This document shows positions 1-9,167 of a stretch of DNA of 64,000 bases, one piece after another. Made by a program: the position numbers and the translations under genes. The notes under the pieces were generated by a model. It saw only the letters and a program-made list of their open reading frames with translations, did not search any database and was not told where the DNA came from. The DNA is from a virus. The stretch lies in IMG/VR virus record IMGVR_UViG_3300021440_000014, positions 32,001 through 96,000 of that record, one strand, 5' to 3'. Numbering within the stretch: position 1 is the stretch's first letter; each line of letters opens with the position of its first letter.

Positions 1-3000
1 AGGAGAAACTCCCGCCCCGACTTCTCTACTTACTGCTTTAGAAAGAGATGAATAGTTAGGTATTAATCCTTTTGAGGCCGGAATTAGTCCAGAATCCCTC
101 AAGTATTTAGTTAAACTTAAGTCGTTTAGACCAACTTCCCTGCTTCTTCCAAATGTTCCATTTTTTACTAGAAATTTTAATTTAGGTTGAGCAAAAGCAT
201 TAGTAATAGCCTCTGCAACCGATTCAAGTTTATTTACATTTACTATTTTATTGGAAATTTTAGCAAAATCATTTTCTCCTGCAACAGAAATACCAGTTGC
301 AGTATTAAGGGTTTTTCCTCCTAGTTGAGAATGAGTTTCATCAAATATTTTAGAAGGGATTCTACTCGTTATATCTAGCTTGTCGTCAAGGAAATGAGAG
401 TATTCATGAATTAAGGCTCTTGAAGTTTTTCTGGCGGAAATAGACTGAAGATCTTCCTTCATTCTGCCAGAGAGTTGACCGTATCCTCCTTTGAAGCCAA
501 AATTATCGTCTAGTTTTCCAGCTAAATTATCAAAATTTAAAGTAATTAAATCTGGATCATATACCGCTTTTGTGCTAGAAGATAATTTGCCCTCTATCTT
601 TCTAAAATCTTTTGCCACGTCTAATTTTGGTGTTGCGCCCACTTTACCAAGAATAAAATTAGAATATTTCTCGAAAGATTCAGTAGAGAGGGCTTTACTT
701 ATAAATTCATCAGGAGTAAGAGAAAAATTACTATAAGACTTAGGATCTGTCACCAACCTATCTTCTAAATTAATACTGCTAAATAAATTACTCGCGTAAT
801 TAGGAACTATTCCAGCCGCGCCAAATTGAGATTTCAACTCTTTTAATCTTGATTTAGATAATTTAAATTCTCCGGGATCTATAACGGTCGCCAAGCTTCC
901 ATTGGCCACCATTGCGGCAAATGTTTGAGAATTTTTATCTCCAAATCCACTTAAGAAATTAGCAGAATTTCTGCTATTAGCTAAAGCAGAAAGCTCCCTG
1001 CTTAATCTATCATTAACAGTAAAATTACTTAAATGAAGATCATCTGGCGTTATCCCATGATTTAAATCGAAATTTTCAAAAGCCTTACCTATGTATGAAG
1101 TTGAAAAAAGTCTAGTTACTGCGTCAGAAGAGTTTTCATGACTCGTTGGATCTTTTATAAACTCTTTATAAATACCTCCTTCAGATAATGAATTATTTAA
1201 AGATTTAAAAATTTTAGGAAATTTTACTCCCGGCAAAGAAATACTTTCGAGATACTTAGAGATTAAGTATTCTTTTTCAATCTCTCTAGGATCTACAAAT
1301 TTTTTAAATTGTTTAAAACCAACTGGAACGCCGCCAATTAGCTGTTTTAAATCTAGGAATCTTGCGTTTTGGCCTATCTCCCCAATTTGCTCTCCTTGTA
1401 TTCTATAATTTGGAACAAGACCAGCCGCAAAATTCTTATATGGATCAAACCCATGAACATCTTCGAAAGCTTTTTTATAGTTCGTGCCAGCTTCACTATT
1501 TTTAGGAGGAAGGATAGCGGGTTGACTCATCCCGAAGTCTTTAACTTGTTCTTTTGAGTTATAAATCACATTTCCCATGCCGGGAACTGACATCCTCTTT
1601 ATAGAACCAGCTTCGTAACCACCTAGCAATGCGCCAACCTTTTCTTTCGTCTCTTCAGGGATTAATCCTCCAGCAGCGGTCTTACCCGGAGAATTTGGCA
1701 ACACTATTTTACCAGCCTTATCAAAGCCTATCTGATTAGATTTCAAGAAATTAGCTGAAGCCTTCGATGTTACAGCGTCTAATCTAGAAATAGCCTCAAG
1801 TCTTTGCTGAGTAAGAGACAATAATGTTCTTTCTACTTCAACTTGAGAAATTGTTTTATTAAGTATTTTTTCCCTTAATCCCGGCTCAAAAGAAAGAGTA
1901 TCTTTCAGTGCCTCGGATATCTGTTTCTGTTGCAGCGCAAATTTATTAAGACCAGCAAAGCTTTTTAATGCGTCTGCCGTAAATTCTGCGAAAGATAACG
2001 CCAATTTACCTACAGCAATAGAGACTATCGCCAGCCCCGGACCAGCAATAAACTCTCCAAGTCCCTTCAAGGCACCATCAGCTATTTGTCTTCCAATTCC
2101 TTTTGACTGTTCGCCAACATCCCCAAATAAAGACTCAACTATTCCCGTCGTGTTTTTTATAACAGGAGCGATGGTAAGATTGCCAACAGTTTCACCTAAC
2201 TGCCTAAATGTCTCTTTACTCTTGTTGAGAACCGAAGCCAAGCTTTTATTATATTCTTCGTTCCTTTTGCTGGCTTCGTTTTGGGACTGAGCGGATTTTT
2301 GAGTGGCTTGATCTACTACGCTGTATTCCTTAGACAAGTCGCCAAGCAAGGCTTTTAAAATGTTAATTTGATAAACGCTACCGACAAGTTCAGCTAAGTA
2401 AGACTGTTGAGAGTCCGAAGCACTATTAAAAGTTCCAGCAAAGTTCTTTAAAATCTCTGACACTGGCAAAATCTGTTGTCCCGCCCCTCTTACTACAGTT
2501 CCCAAACTTTCTAGTTGAGCAATAACTTCTGGTCTTTCTATTCTTGTGAAAATAGTCTTTAAAGCGTTACCAATTACAGCACCACCACGGGCAGTTGTCT
2601 GCTGCGCTGAGGTAACAAAACCTATCAAGCTGTCAATACTAACTCCAGCTTCGGCAGCGGTGCTACCCACACGTTTCAGAGCCTCGGCTAAGTCTTTTGA
2701 GCTAACGGCAAATGCCGCGTCAACATTAGCGAATTTGTTAATTACTTCTGTAGACGTTAATCCAGCCTTTGAAAAGCTGTTAACCGAAGCCGTAAGAGAT
2801 TCTACGCTATCTTCAAGAGATATACCGGCTTGCCTAGATAAAATAGCCGCATCTTTAAGTCTTATAAGGGTTTCTTCCGCACCAAGACCTTGACGTGCTA
2901 ATTCAGTAGCTCCAGCCGCAATTTCAGAAAAAGACTGACCCGTATCTTTAGCTATACTAAAGATTTCGTTTTTAAAATTAGAAAGCTCTTCAGCATTTTG

Positions 3001-3315
3001 ATTTAGGAGAGTATTTAATTCAGTAAATGACTTGTTAACTTCTATAGTAGAAGAAACTAAGCTTTTTATGCCCTGAGATACCTGAAATATTAAACCAGCA
3101 GAAGCTCCGAAAGCTATGACACGCGCATTCGCAGCCGCCATAGATTTCGAAAACTCGTCTGTAGAAGAGGTTATTTGACCAAGGGGTCTAGTTAAGGAGC
3201 TTGAATTGAGCCTTCTATTAAATAAATTCTGTATTTTAGACGCACTTTCCTCAGCTTGCCTAAATAAAGGAGAAAAATCTCCACCAACAGATAAATTGTA
3301 AGTCTCAACTGGCAT
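1..3315 (-). CDS. Tail tape-measure protein with internal kinase-like and HExxH metallopeptidase domains (3' end outside window)
   Basis: Hand translation from ATG at 3315 (MPVETYNLSVGGDF...) stays open to nt 1 (1105 codons). The N-terminal half has a typical TMP core (FSIAKDTGQSFSEIA...ELARQG...FAVSSKDLAEALKRVGSTA...GAVIGNALKTIFTRI). It lies downstream of the tail-tube and chaperone genes. Confidence 0.9.
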   Translation of the reverse strand, partial: MPVETYNLSVGGDFSPLFRQAEESASKIQNLFNRRLNSSSLTRPLGQITSSTDEFSKSMAAANARVIAFGASAGLIFQVSQGIKSLVSSTIEVNKSFTELNTLLNQNAEELSNFKNEIFSIAKDTGQSFSEIAAGATELARQGLGAEETLIRLKDAAILSRQAGISLEDSVESLTASVNSFSKAGLTSTEVINKFANVDAAFAVSSKDLAEALKRVGSTAAEAGVSIDSLIGFVTSAQQTTARGGAVIGNALKTIFTRIERPEVIAQLESLGTVVRGAGQQILPVSEILKNFAGTFNSASDSQQSYLAELVGSVYQINILKALLGDLSKEYSVVDQATQKSAQSQNEASKRNEEYNKSLASVLNKSKETFRQLGETVGNLTIAPVIKNTTGIVESLFGDVGEQSKGIGRQIADGALKGLGEFIAGPGLAIVSIAVGKLALSFAEFTADALKSFAGLNKFALQQKQISEALKDTLSFEPGLREKILNKTISQVEVERTLLSLTQQRLEAISRLDAVTSKASANFLKSNQIGFDKAGKIVLPNSPGKTAAGGLIPEETKEKVGALLGGYEAGSIKRMSVPGMGNVIYNSKEQVKDFGMSQPAILPPKNSEAGTNYKKAFEDVHGFDPYKNFAAGLVPNYRIQGEQIGEIGQNARFLDLKQLIGGVPVGFKQFKKFVDPREIEKEYLISKYLESISLPGVKFPKIFKSLNNSLSEGGIYKEFIKDPTSHENSSDAVTRLFSTSYIGKAFENFDLNHGITPDDLHLSNFTVNDRLSRELSALANSRNSANFLSGFGDKNSQTFAAMVANGSLATVIDPGEFKLSKSRLKELKSQFGAAGIVPNYASNLFSSINLEDRLVTDPKSYSNFSLTPDEFISKALSTESFEKYSNFILGKVGATPKLDVAKDFRKIEGKLSSSTKAVYDPDLITLNFDNLAGKLDDNFGFKGGYGQLSGRMKEDLQSISARKTSRALIHEYSHFLDDKLDITSRIPSKIFDETHSQLGGKTLNTATGISVAGENDFAKISNKIVNVNKLESVAEAITNAFAQPKLKFLVKNGTFGRSREVGLNDLSLTKYLRDSGLIPASKGLIPNYSSLSKAVSREVGAGVSP

Positions 3316-3340
3316 ATATAAACCTTATTCCTAGTTTATA

Positions 3341-3346
3341 TTACAC
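3341..3346 (-). promoter_or_regulatory. Putative late promoter core GTGTAA upstream of the TMP gene
   Basis: GTGTAA lies 25 nt upstream of the ATG. The same hexamer precedes at least 16 genes (see findings). Confidence 0.7.
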
Positions 3347-3352
3347 AGGTTT

Positions 3353-4336
3353 TTATACATTACTTATCCTTAACATATCTTCCATGCTTAATTTTCCACC
3401 CCTCTTGGCGGCTTCTTTAATAAGGTTATTCTTGGAAACTTGGCCACCAAGACCTATATGATCAAGATCTTCTTTAGTCGCGCCAACCAAGGAAACGTTA
3501 GAATTATCCTTATCATATTTACTAAGAACTTTTTCGGCATTCTTGTTAGTCTCAAACCATTCTACAATCTTGTCGGGGTCGTCTTTAATATCGTCTGGTA
3601 TACCATTAGTATTAGCTAAGATGGATTTATAATATTTTGCGTGGGAAAATACTTCATTTTGATAGAAAGAAAGATGGGCAACTGGTTTGCCCCAAAAAGC
3701 ACAAGGATCTTCGCTGCAAATATAAAAATAGTTCATGAAAGAAGGGGAAATGCTTATTTTTTTTAGAGTTCTTGAGCTAAATTTCTCTGTATGCTCTAAA
3801 AATTTAGAAGAAATAGAAATATATTCATCTGGCTCCAATTCGTCATAGTCCTCTTCTGTCCAAAATGAATTTTTTAAATTTTCGTCCGAAAAAGATGACA
3901 GAAAGAAGAATTTGTCATTTATTCTTTTATCAGCGAAACTTTCTGCTGTTATACCAATTGCTTTATCTTTTTTAGACTGTAATTCCTTTATTTTCTTTTC
4001 AAATTCGGCTATCTCAAATTTCATATACTCAATCTGAGATTTAAGAAACATTTTCCTTTTGGTTTCTTCCAGTCTTTTTACGTAGTCTATTTTTTCCTCT
4101 AAATCTCTCTCTTCTTTTTGAGTCCATTCCCCGGAGGAGTATACTTCTTGCAGTTTCTCCTGATATGTTTTTACTCCTTTTTTGGCGGCTTTCTCCAAGC
4201 TATCAGCGTAAATCTCTTCTAACTCCCCAGATATGAAAATGTCTATATGTTTTACATATAGACATTTACCCTGAAAATTATACTTACTATATCCTTTTAT
4301 TATTTCGGATTGAAGTTTTTTTAAATTTTCACTCAT
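3353..4336 (-). CDS. Putative tail assembly chaperone (coiled-coil)
   Basis: Immediately upstream of the TMP gene; charged and helical; shares motifs with 4329..5078. Confidence 0.5.
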   Translation of the reverse strand: MSENLKKLQSEIIKGYSKYNFQGKCLYVKHIDIFISGELEEIYADSLEKAAKKGVKTYQEKLQEVYSSGEWTQKEERDLEEKIDYVKRLEETKRKMFLKSQIEYMKFEIAEFEKKIKELQSKKDKAIGITAESFADKRINDKFFFLSSFSDENLKNSFWTEEDYDELEPDEYISISSKFLEHTEKFSSRTLKKISISPSFMNYFYICSEDPCAFWGKPVAHLSFYQNEVFSHAKYYKSILANTNGIPDDIKDDPDKIVEWFETNKNAEKVLSKYDKDNSNVSLVGATKEDLDHIGLGGQVSKNNLIKEAAKRGGKLSMEDMLRISNV

Positions 4337-5078
4337 TAGCCGCTTTTTGCGTAGCTACTTCAACTTTATCTTCAACTGGCTTTTGTTCTGGATTTTTATT
4401 AAGCCCAACCGTGTCAGCTAATACATCAAAATCTTCTTTGTTTTCAATTCTTCCAGTATACCAAGCAGTAACCAAAAGAAGCATTTTTCTAGCGAGATTG
4501 ATATAGAAATCATCATCTCTCTCAGCAAAGTCATCATAAGTTTTTAACTTAGTTTTATAGTCTCCTTCACCGAAAAACGGTTTTTCGTTTTTAAAGAAGG
4601 CTAACTGGAATAGCCACCACAAAACAGTTTTATTTCTTGAGATAGTTTCAGCCGTGTGCTCATACAAAGACTGTTGTGAAGATTCTATGCTTTGGAGGAT
4701 TCCTCTTAAGTCAGAGATTTCATTAATAATTGCATTAATTTTATCCTTTTCTTCTTTAGTTCTTTCGTCTTCCTTTTTAAGAGACAAAGCCTGATACTCA
4801 GACTCTTTAGCTTTAATGAGTCCAACAGACTCAATATAAGTTTCTTTGTCTTTTTGGGAAAGCGTTCCTAATTCATCTGCGAATTTTACAGCCAGTTGAT
4901 TTCTAGTTAGCAGCCCTTCTTTAATGCAATTAGAAAGCGCGACGCCATAAAACATCTCTTCCTCTTCGAAAAGAACACGATTAGGTTTTCTTAAAAAGAG
5001 TTCAATTGCCTCGTATTTGTCTTCACCTTTTTCGTTTTTTACTTTTTTATAAGCCGTGAATTCGTATAATTTTTTCAT
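4329..5078 (-). CDS. Putative tail assembly chaperone (coiled-coil)
   Basis: Between tail-tube and TMP genes; helical and charged. Confidence 0.5.
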   Translation of the reverse strand: MKKLYEFTAYKKVKNEKGEDKYEAIELFLRKPNRVLFEEEEMFYGVALSNCIKEGLLTRNQLAVKFADELGTLSQKDKETYIESVGLIKAKESEYQALSLKKEDERTKEEKDKINAIINEISDLRGILQSIESSQQSLYEHTAETISRNKTVLWWLFQLAFFKNEKPFFGEGDYKTKLKTYDDFAERDDDFYINLARKMLLLVTAWYTGRIENKEDFDVLADTVGLNKNPEQKPVEDKVEVATQKAANE

Positions 5079-5299
5079 ATTTTATTTTCTATAAAAGTCT
5101 TTGTCTGATTTAAATTTGTTTTGCCGCCAAGTGTTATTAAAAAGTTTTTCTTTTTGGAGTCATCCCAAGAATTGTATAGTTTTTTAAAATCATTGGAATT
5201 AAAAAATTTTACATTTACAAATTTTACTCCAAAAGCTTCTATGGCTCTTGCTGTGCTCTGCAATTTTATTCTTTGTTCTATAATATTAACAATGTTCAT
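5075..5299 (-). CDS. Hypothetical protein
   Basis: 74-aa ORF with ATGA overlaps to both neighbours. Confidence 0.6.
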   Translation of the reverse strand: MNIVNIIEQRIKLQSTARAIEAFGVKFVNVKFFNSNDFKKLYNSWDDSKKKNFLITLGGKTNLNQTKTFIENKI

Positions 5300-5532
5300 T
5301 TTAAGTAAATCGATATCTTATCAAAATCCTGATCTATCTCTCTGGCAGTATCATTGCCACAGTCGAGAATCTTCTTTCTTATCTTTTTGAAGTCCTCTTC
5401 TTTTAAATTATATGGTGGATTTTTAATATCTTCTAATATAATTAGAAGATTTTTGTATAAGTTGGTGATTTTTCTTTGAGTTTGAAACTTAAAGAATTCA
5501 GATATCTCTTTACTCTTATCTATAGAAGCCAT
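5296..5532 (-). CDS. Hypothetical protein (start revised to ATG 5532, MASIDKSK...)
   Basis: The GTGTAA at 5565-5570 and a hairpin lie inside the track's longer ORF, which favours the internal ATG. Confidence 0.6.
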   Translation of the reverse strand: MASIDKSKEISEFFKFQTQRKITNLYKNLLIILEDIKNPPYNLKEEDFKKIRKKILDCGNDTAREIDQDFDKISIYLK

Positions 5533-5589
5533 AATCCCTTTTGAAAACCTTTTTCCAAAAGGGATTACACTTTTATGCAAATGATAGAA

Positions 5590-6912
5590 TTAACTTATTA
5601 ACGTATTGCCTACACTAGGTAAGTATCCGCTCATGAAAAGACCTCTATCGCTTTGGAGTGGACCGCCAATCTGTGAAGAAAAGCTTAAGGAAACTCCTTT
5701 ATTTGGGCCAATAGATGAGGTATATGATTGAGAATCAAGTTTAGCGTTTTTCAGCACGTATTTCATCATTGTAAAATTACCCGTCTGAGGATGAGCTATA
5801 TTTACTTCTATATCATAGTTTTTATCTTGAGATATTGCTTCTACTAAATTTCCAGTAGAGATATCACCAAGATTTGCGTCGATAGAAAGGTTTACCTGAA
5901 CAGGGAACCTAATTTCTCTACTAAAAGCATACTTGCTTCCAAGTTTTTCGAGCGGATCTCTAGAAAGTGAAAAGCTTAGATTATAACTTTGAATTTTAGC
6001 ATCAGATATTAATGCACCAAGTTCCTGCTGATTAGAACTGCTTCCGCCCTGAAGAACTTTAAAAGTAATATCTCCCGGTTTAAGAACGCTTATTGAATAG
6101 GGACTTCTAAATTGACTTGCTGTAGGAGTAGCATTAGGTCCATTTACTGAGGTAGTAAATGAAAATCCAGACCAAGGATTAGTAACGGCAACAGGCACAC
6201 ATACAAATTTTTGGTTATTATTGGACGCAGAAACATTTACAGCAGATCCATCAGCGGGGTTGACGGCTGGATTATTAATTAAATATATACCAGAGAATCC
6301 TTCACCACCTTCATAATTACCAAATCCAGCACCATTGGTAGGGAGTGGCGTTTGGAACATTATATTAAGCCCCTCTAACGAAACATTAGTAGTAGGAAAA
6401 TTGCCTACCGAACCTTCTGTAGAGAAATTAGAAATAAAACAATTGCCTAAAGAGACGAAAGATATTTTATTATAATTACTTCCATTGTTTTCGCCGTGAT
6501 TTATCGCATCAATACCTTCTGGGACAGTTTTTACAAAGTAATTTTTGTCGTCCTGAGTTTTATTAAGAATATTAGAAATGCAGCTTACATTTTGGTTAGA
6601 GCCAGAATTGATTGTGAATCCAAGCATTTGTTCATTATAGAAATTCGCATTTAAATAAGAGAAATCAAGATTAACAGTAGGAGACTCAAGAAGAATTCTA
6701 TCTATAGCCGCCAATTCCCCAAATTGGTTAACATCTCTTCTGTTCAAAGAATAACCGTAGTTAATAGATTGGACTCTAAAAAGTTGTTTAGTTAGCGGTC
6801 TTGGATTTAAACCTGTATTAACTATTAAATTATCATCATTTTGTATTCCTGTAGAAGGACTTGGCCCAACGTATAGGACTTCGTTTTGGTAAATTACTCT
6901 ATTCTTTGGCAT
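5590..6912 (-). CDS. Tail tube protein paralog 2
   Basis: Long identical peptide blocks with 6986..8245; beta-rich; tail-module position. Confidence 0.7.
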   Translation of the reverse strand: MPKNRVIYQNEVLYVGPSPSTGIQNDDNLIVNTGLNPRPLTKQLFRVQSINYGYSLNRRDVNQFGELAAIDRILLESPTVNLDFSYLNANFYNEQMLGFTINSGSNQNVSCISNILNKTQDDKNYFVKTVPEGIDAINHGENNGSNYNKISFVSLGNCFISNFSTEGSVGNFPTTNVSLEGLNIMFQTPLPTNGAGFGNYEGGEGFSGIYLINNPAVNPADGSAVNVSASNNNQKFVCVPVAVTNPWSGFSFTTSVNGPNATPTASQFRSPYSISVLKPGDITFKVLQGGSSSNQQELGALISDAKIQSYNLSFSLSRDPLEKLGSKYAFSREIRFPVQVNLSIDANLGDISTGNLVEAISQDKNYDIEVNIAHPQTGNFTMMKYVLKNAKLDSQSYTSSIGPNKGVSLSFSSQIGGPLQSDRGLFMSGYLPSVGNTLIS

Positions 6913-6933
6913 AATATCTAAATAAAATTACAC

Positions 6934-6962
6934 AAAAAAACGCGGGAATTTTCCCGCGTTTA
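6934..6962 (-). terminator. Rho-independent terminator after the major tail gene
   Basis: AACGCGGGA-ATTT-TCCCGCGTT hairpin followed by a U-run on the - strand. Confidence 0.85.
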
Positions 6963-6985
6963 TGTTTTATTATTTTATCAACTTT

Positions 6986-8245
6986 TTAGTAATCAATACT
7001 AGGAGCAAGACCGCTGAAGAACAAGCCCTTAGTCGTCTGCAACGGACCACCGATTTGAGACGAGAAGCTCAATGACACAGACTTATTAGGTCCAATTGAC
7101 GAAGTATAAGACTGAGAATCCAACTTAGCATTTCTCAAAGTATACTCAAGTGCTCTTAGAGAACCTGTTTGAGGGTGCTTAATTGCAATTCTAATGTCGT
7201 AGCTCTTATCTGCTTGAATAACGTCAACCAAGTTACCAGTGGTAAGGTCGCCAACGTTTGCGTCAACAGAAAGGTTCACTTGGACAGGGAATCTAATTTC
7301 TCTGGCGAACGCATATTTGCTGCCCAGCTTTTCAAGCGGATCTCTTGAAAGAGAGAAGCTTAGGTTGTAGCTCTGAATCTTCGCATCAGAAATCGTAAGA
7401 CCAGCTTCGTTAAGAGAGTTAGTTGTTCCAGCGTCCCAGAAGTCGAACGTGATGTCTCCCGGTCTTAAAGCCGAAATATTGTATGCATATCCTGCGTCAC
7501 CTACTCCAAGGTTTCCGCTTCCATAAGTGCCGAACATCTTACCATTAATAGCGTTACTCTTGAACGGAGGAATAGCAGCGTAAGTGCTTAATCCAGAGCC
7601 ATCAACGGGATTAACTGCTGGGCTAGGAACCCAAGATCCAGTTGCAAGTAATCCACCAGTAGCAGGAGCAACGAATCCGTTACCGCTTTGCTTTTGAGTA
7701 AATAAAATGTTAAGACCTTCTACGGAAACGCTAGTCGTTGGGAAATTACCAACGGACGCCTCGGTAGAGAAGTTAGAAATGAAACCGTTACCAATCGCAA
7801 TATATTGTTCTGGATTAGCACCGGAAAGTCCAGCATATTCAGCGGCATCAACACCTTCTGGAACAGTTTTAATAAAATAGTTTCTATCGTCTTCGGTCTT
7901 GTTAAGAATGTTAGCGATAGCAGATACATATCCCTGACCAGTATTAATGTAAAAACCTAACGCTTCTTCATTAGAGAAAGACGAGTTAAGATAAGAAAAG
8001 TCGAGGTTAACGGTAGGGGATTCAAGCAAAATACGGTCAATAGCAGCGAGTTCACCAAATTGGTTCACGTCCCTTCTATTCAAAGAGTAACCATAGTTAA
8101 TGGATTGAACTCTGACTAATTGTTTAACCTTGTAAAAACCAGTAGTTTGCCCAGCGGCAGTAACGGTTCCGTATTGCGTTCCTGTTGCAGGTGCAGGACC
8201 GGCTAGTAAACCTTCTGTTTGGTAAATTATTCTATTTTTTGCCAT
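6986..8245 (-). CDS. Major tail tube protein (paralog 1)
   Basis: Follows the neck genes; has its own GTGTAA site (8279-8284) and terminator, as expected for a high-copy protein. Confidence 0.7.
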   Translation of the reverse strand: MAKNRIIYQTEGLLAGPAPATGTQYGTVTAAGQTTGFYKVKQLVRVQSINYGYSLNRRDVNQFGELAAIDRILLESPTVNLDFSYLNSSFSNEEALGFYINTGQGYVSAIANILNKTEDDRNYFIKTVPEGVDAAEYAGLSGANPEQYIAIGNGFISNFSTEASVGNFPTTSVSVEGLNILFTQKQSGNGFVAPATGGLLATGSWVPSPAVNPVDGSGLSTYAAIPPFKSNAINGKMFGTYGSGNLGVGDAGYAYNISALRPGDITFDFWDAGTTNSLNEAGLTISDAKIQSYNLSFSLSRDPLEKLGSKYAFAREIRFPVQVNLSVDANVGDLTTGNLVDVIQADKSYDIRIAIKHPQTGSLRALEYTLRNAKLDSQSYTSSIGPNKSVSLSFSSQIGGPLQTTKGLFFSGLAPSIDY

Positions 8246-8306
8246 AAAATTATTTAATTTTTAAAATTCTAATATCTGTTACACGTTATTTTATCCTTAT
8301 AGAATA

Positions 8307-9167
8307 TTAAAGTCTTGGATTACGGACCAGTTCTATTCTCATATCTATGATGTTTGGAAATACTCCGGGGTTTAGAGTTTTTATCTCATTTACTATTGCG
8401 GATCTATAAGAGATTTGAGTAGTAGAAACGTTGGCTATACATGCCATATCAGAGAACGGTATGCTATTGGCTATTTGCGTATAGTTATAATTTCCATTTT
8501 TAGAATAACCTAAGTTATTATAAGGCATATCATTTTCAGAAAAAATAGGTATGAAAGTATACTTCTTATCCCTTAATATTGAAGAAACCGCGTCACATGA
8601 GAACTGAGAGTTAGCTAAAACTATTAATTTAATGTTAAAAACAGTAGTATCTGTGCCGCCAAAAGCAAAAGGTTCGTTAACGCTTCCATCGTTCTTAACA
8701 AAAATACAGGGGAAAGTCAGTGTTTGTGGGGCTAATCCAGTGAAAGGTCTATTAATCTTGGGTCTTGCCTCGTATTTAGTTTCAAATAGCAATTTATACT
8801 CAGGTTCGTTTGTCAGGTAAACATTAAAATCTTTGATAGCGTAATTTCCGCTAATAGTTTGGTTATTAAGACTTTGAGAAAAATATAATTGGCCTTCATT
8901 GAAATTTACGCCAGAATATCCAGACTCACCAACCGAAACATAGTTATTATTTAAATAAACTCCAGAAAGAATATTCGCATTTGGGATAGATGTATCTGCG
9001 ACTATCTGTTTGAATGGAGAAGCGTAAGCGTAGTAATCGCTAAATATAGAATCTATTCGGTAAAATTGACCGGATACATTGGTATAAGCTTCTCCTTTAT
9101 CTAATAGAGTATGATCGAGCCATAATAACACGCTCGACATTAATTTATTGTCTAATTGAGGCTTCAT
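8307..9167 (-). CDS. Putative tail completion/terminator protein
   Basis: Position between neck and tail-tube genes; FPCIFV...FAFGG core. Confidence 0.5.
   Translation of the reverse strand: MKPQLDNKLMSSVLLWLDHTLLDKGEAYTNVSGQFYRIDSIFSDYYAYASPFKQIVADTSIPNANILSGVYLNNNYVSVGESGYSGVNFNEGQLYFSQSLNNQTISGNYAIKDFNVYLTNEPEYKLLFETKYEARPKINRPFTGLAPQTLTFPCIFVKNDGSVNEPFAFGGTDTTVFNIKLIVLANSQFSCDAVSSILRDKKYTFIPIFSENDMPYNNLGYSKNGNYNYTQIANSIPFSDMACIANVSTTQISYRSAIVNEIKTLNPGVFPNIIDMRIELVRNPRL

Noticed and set aside
491-2893. + strand ORFs 491..736, 1369..1557 and 2546..2893
   Set aside because: Antisense shadows of the continuous - strand TMP frame.
4329-4360. Programmed -1 frameshift between chaperone genes
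   Set aside because: No XXXYYYZ heptamer seen; the second gene has its own overlapping ATG.
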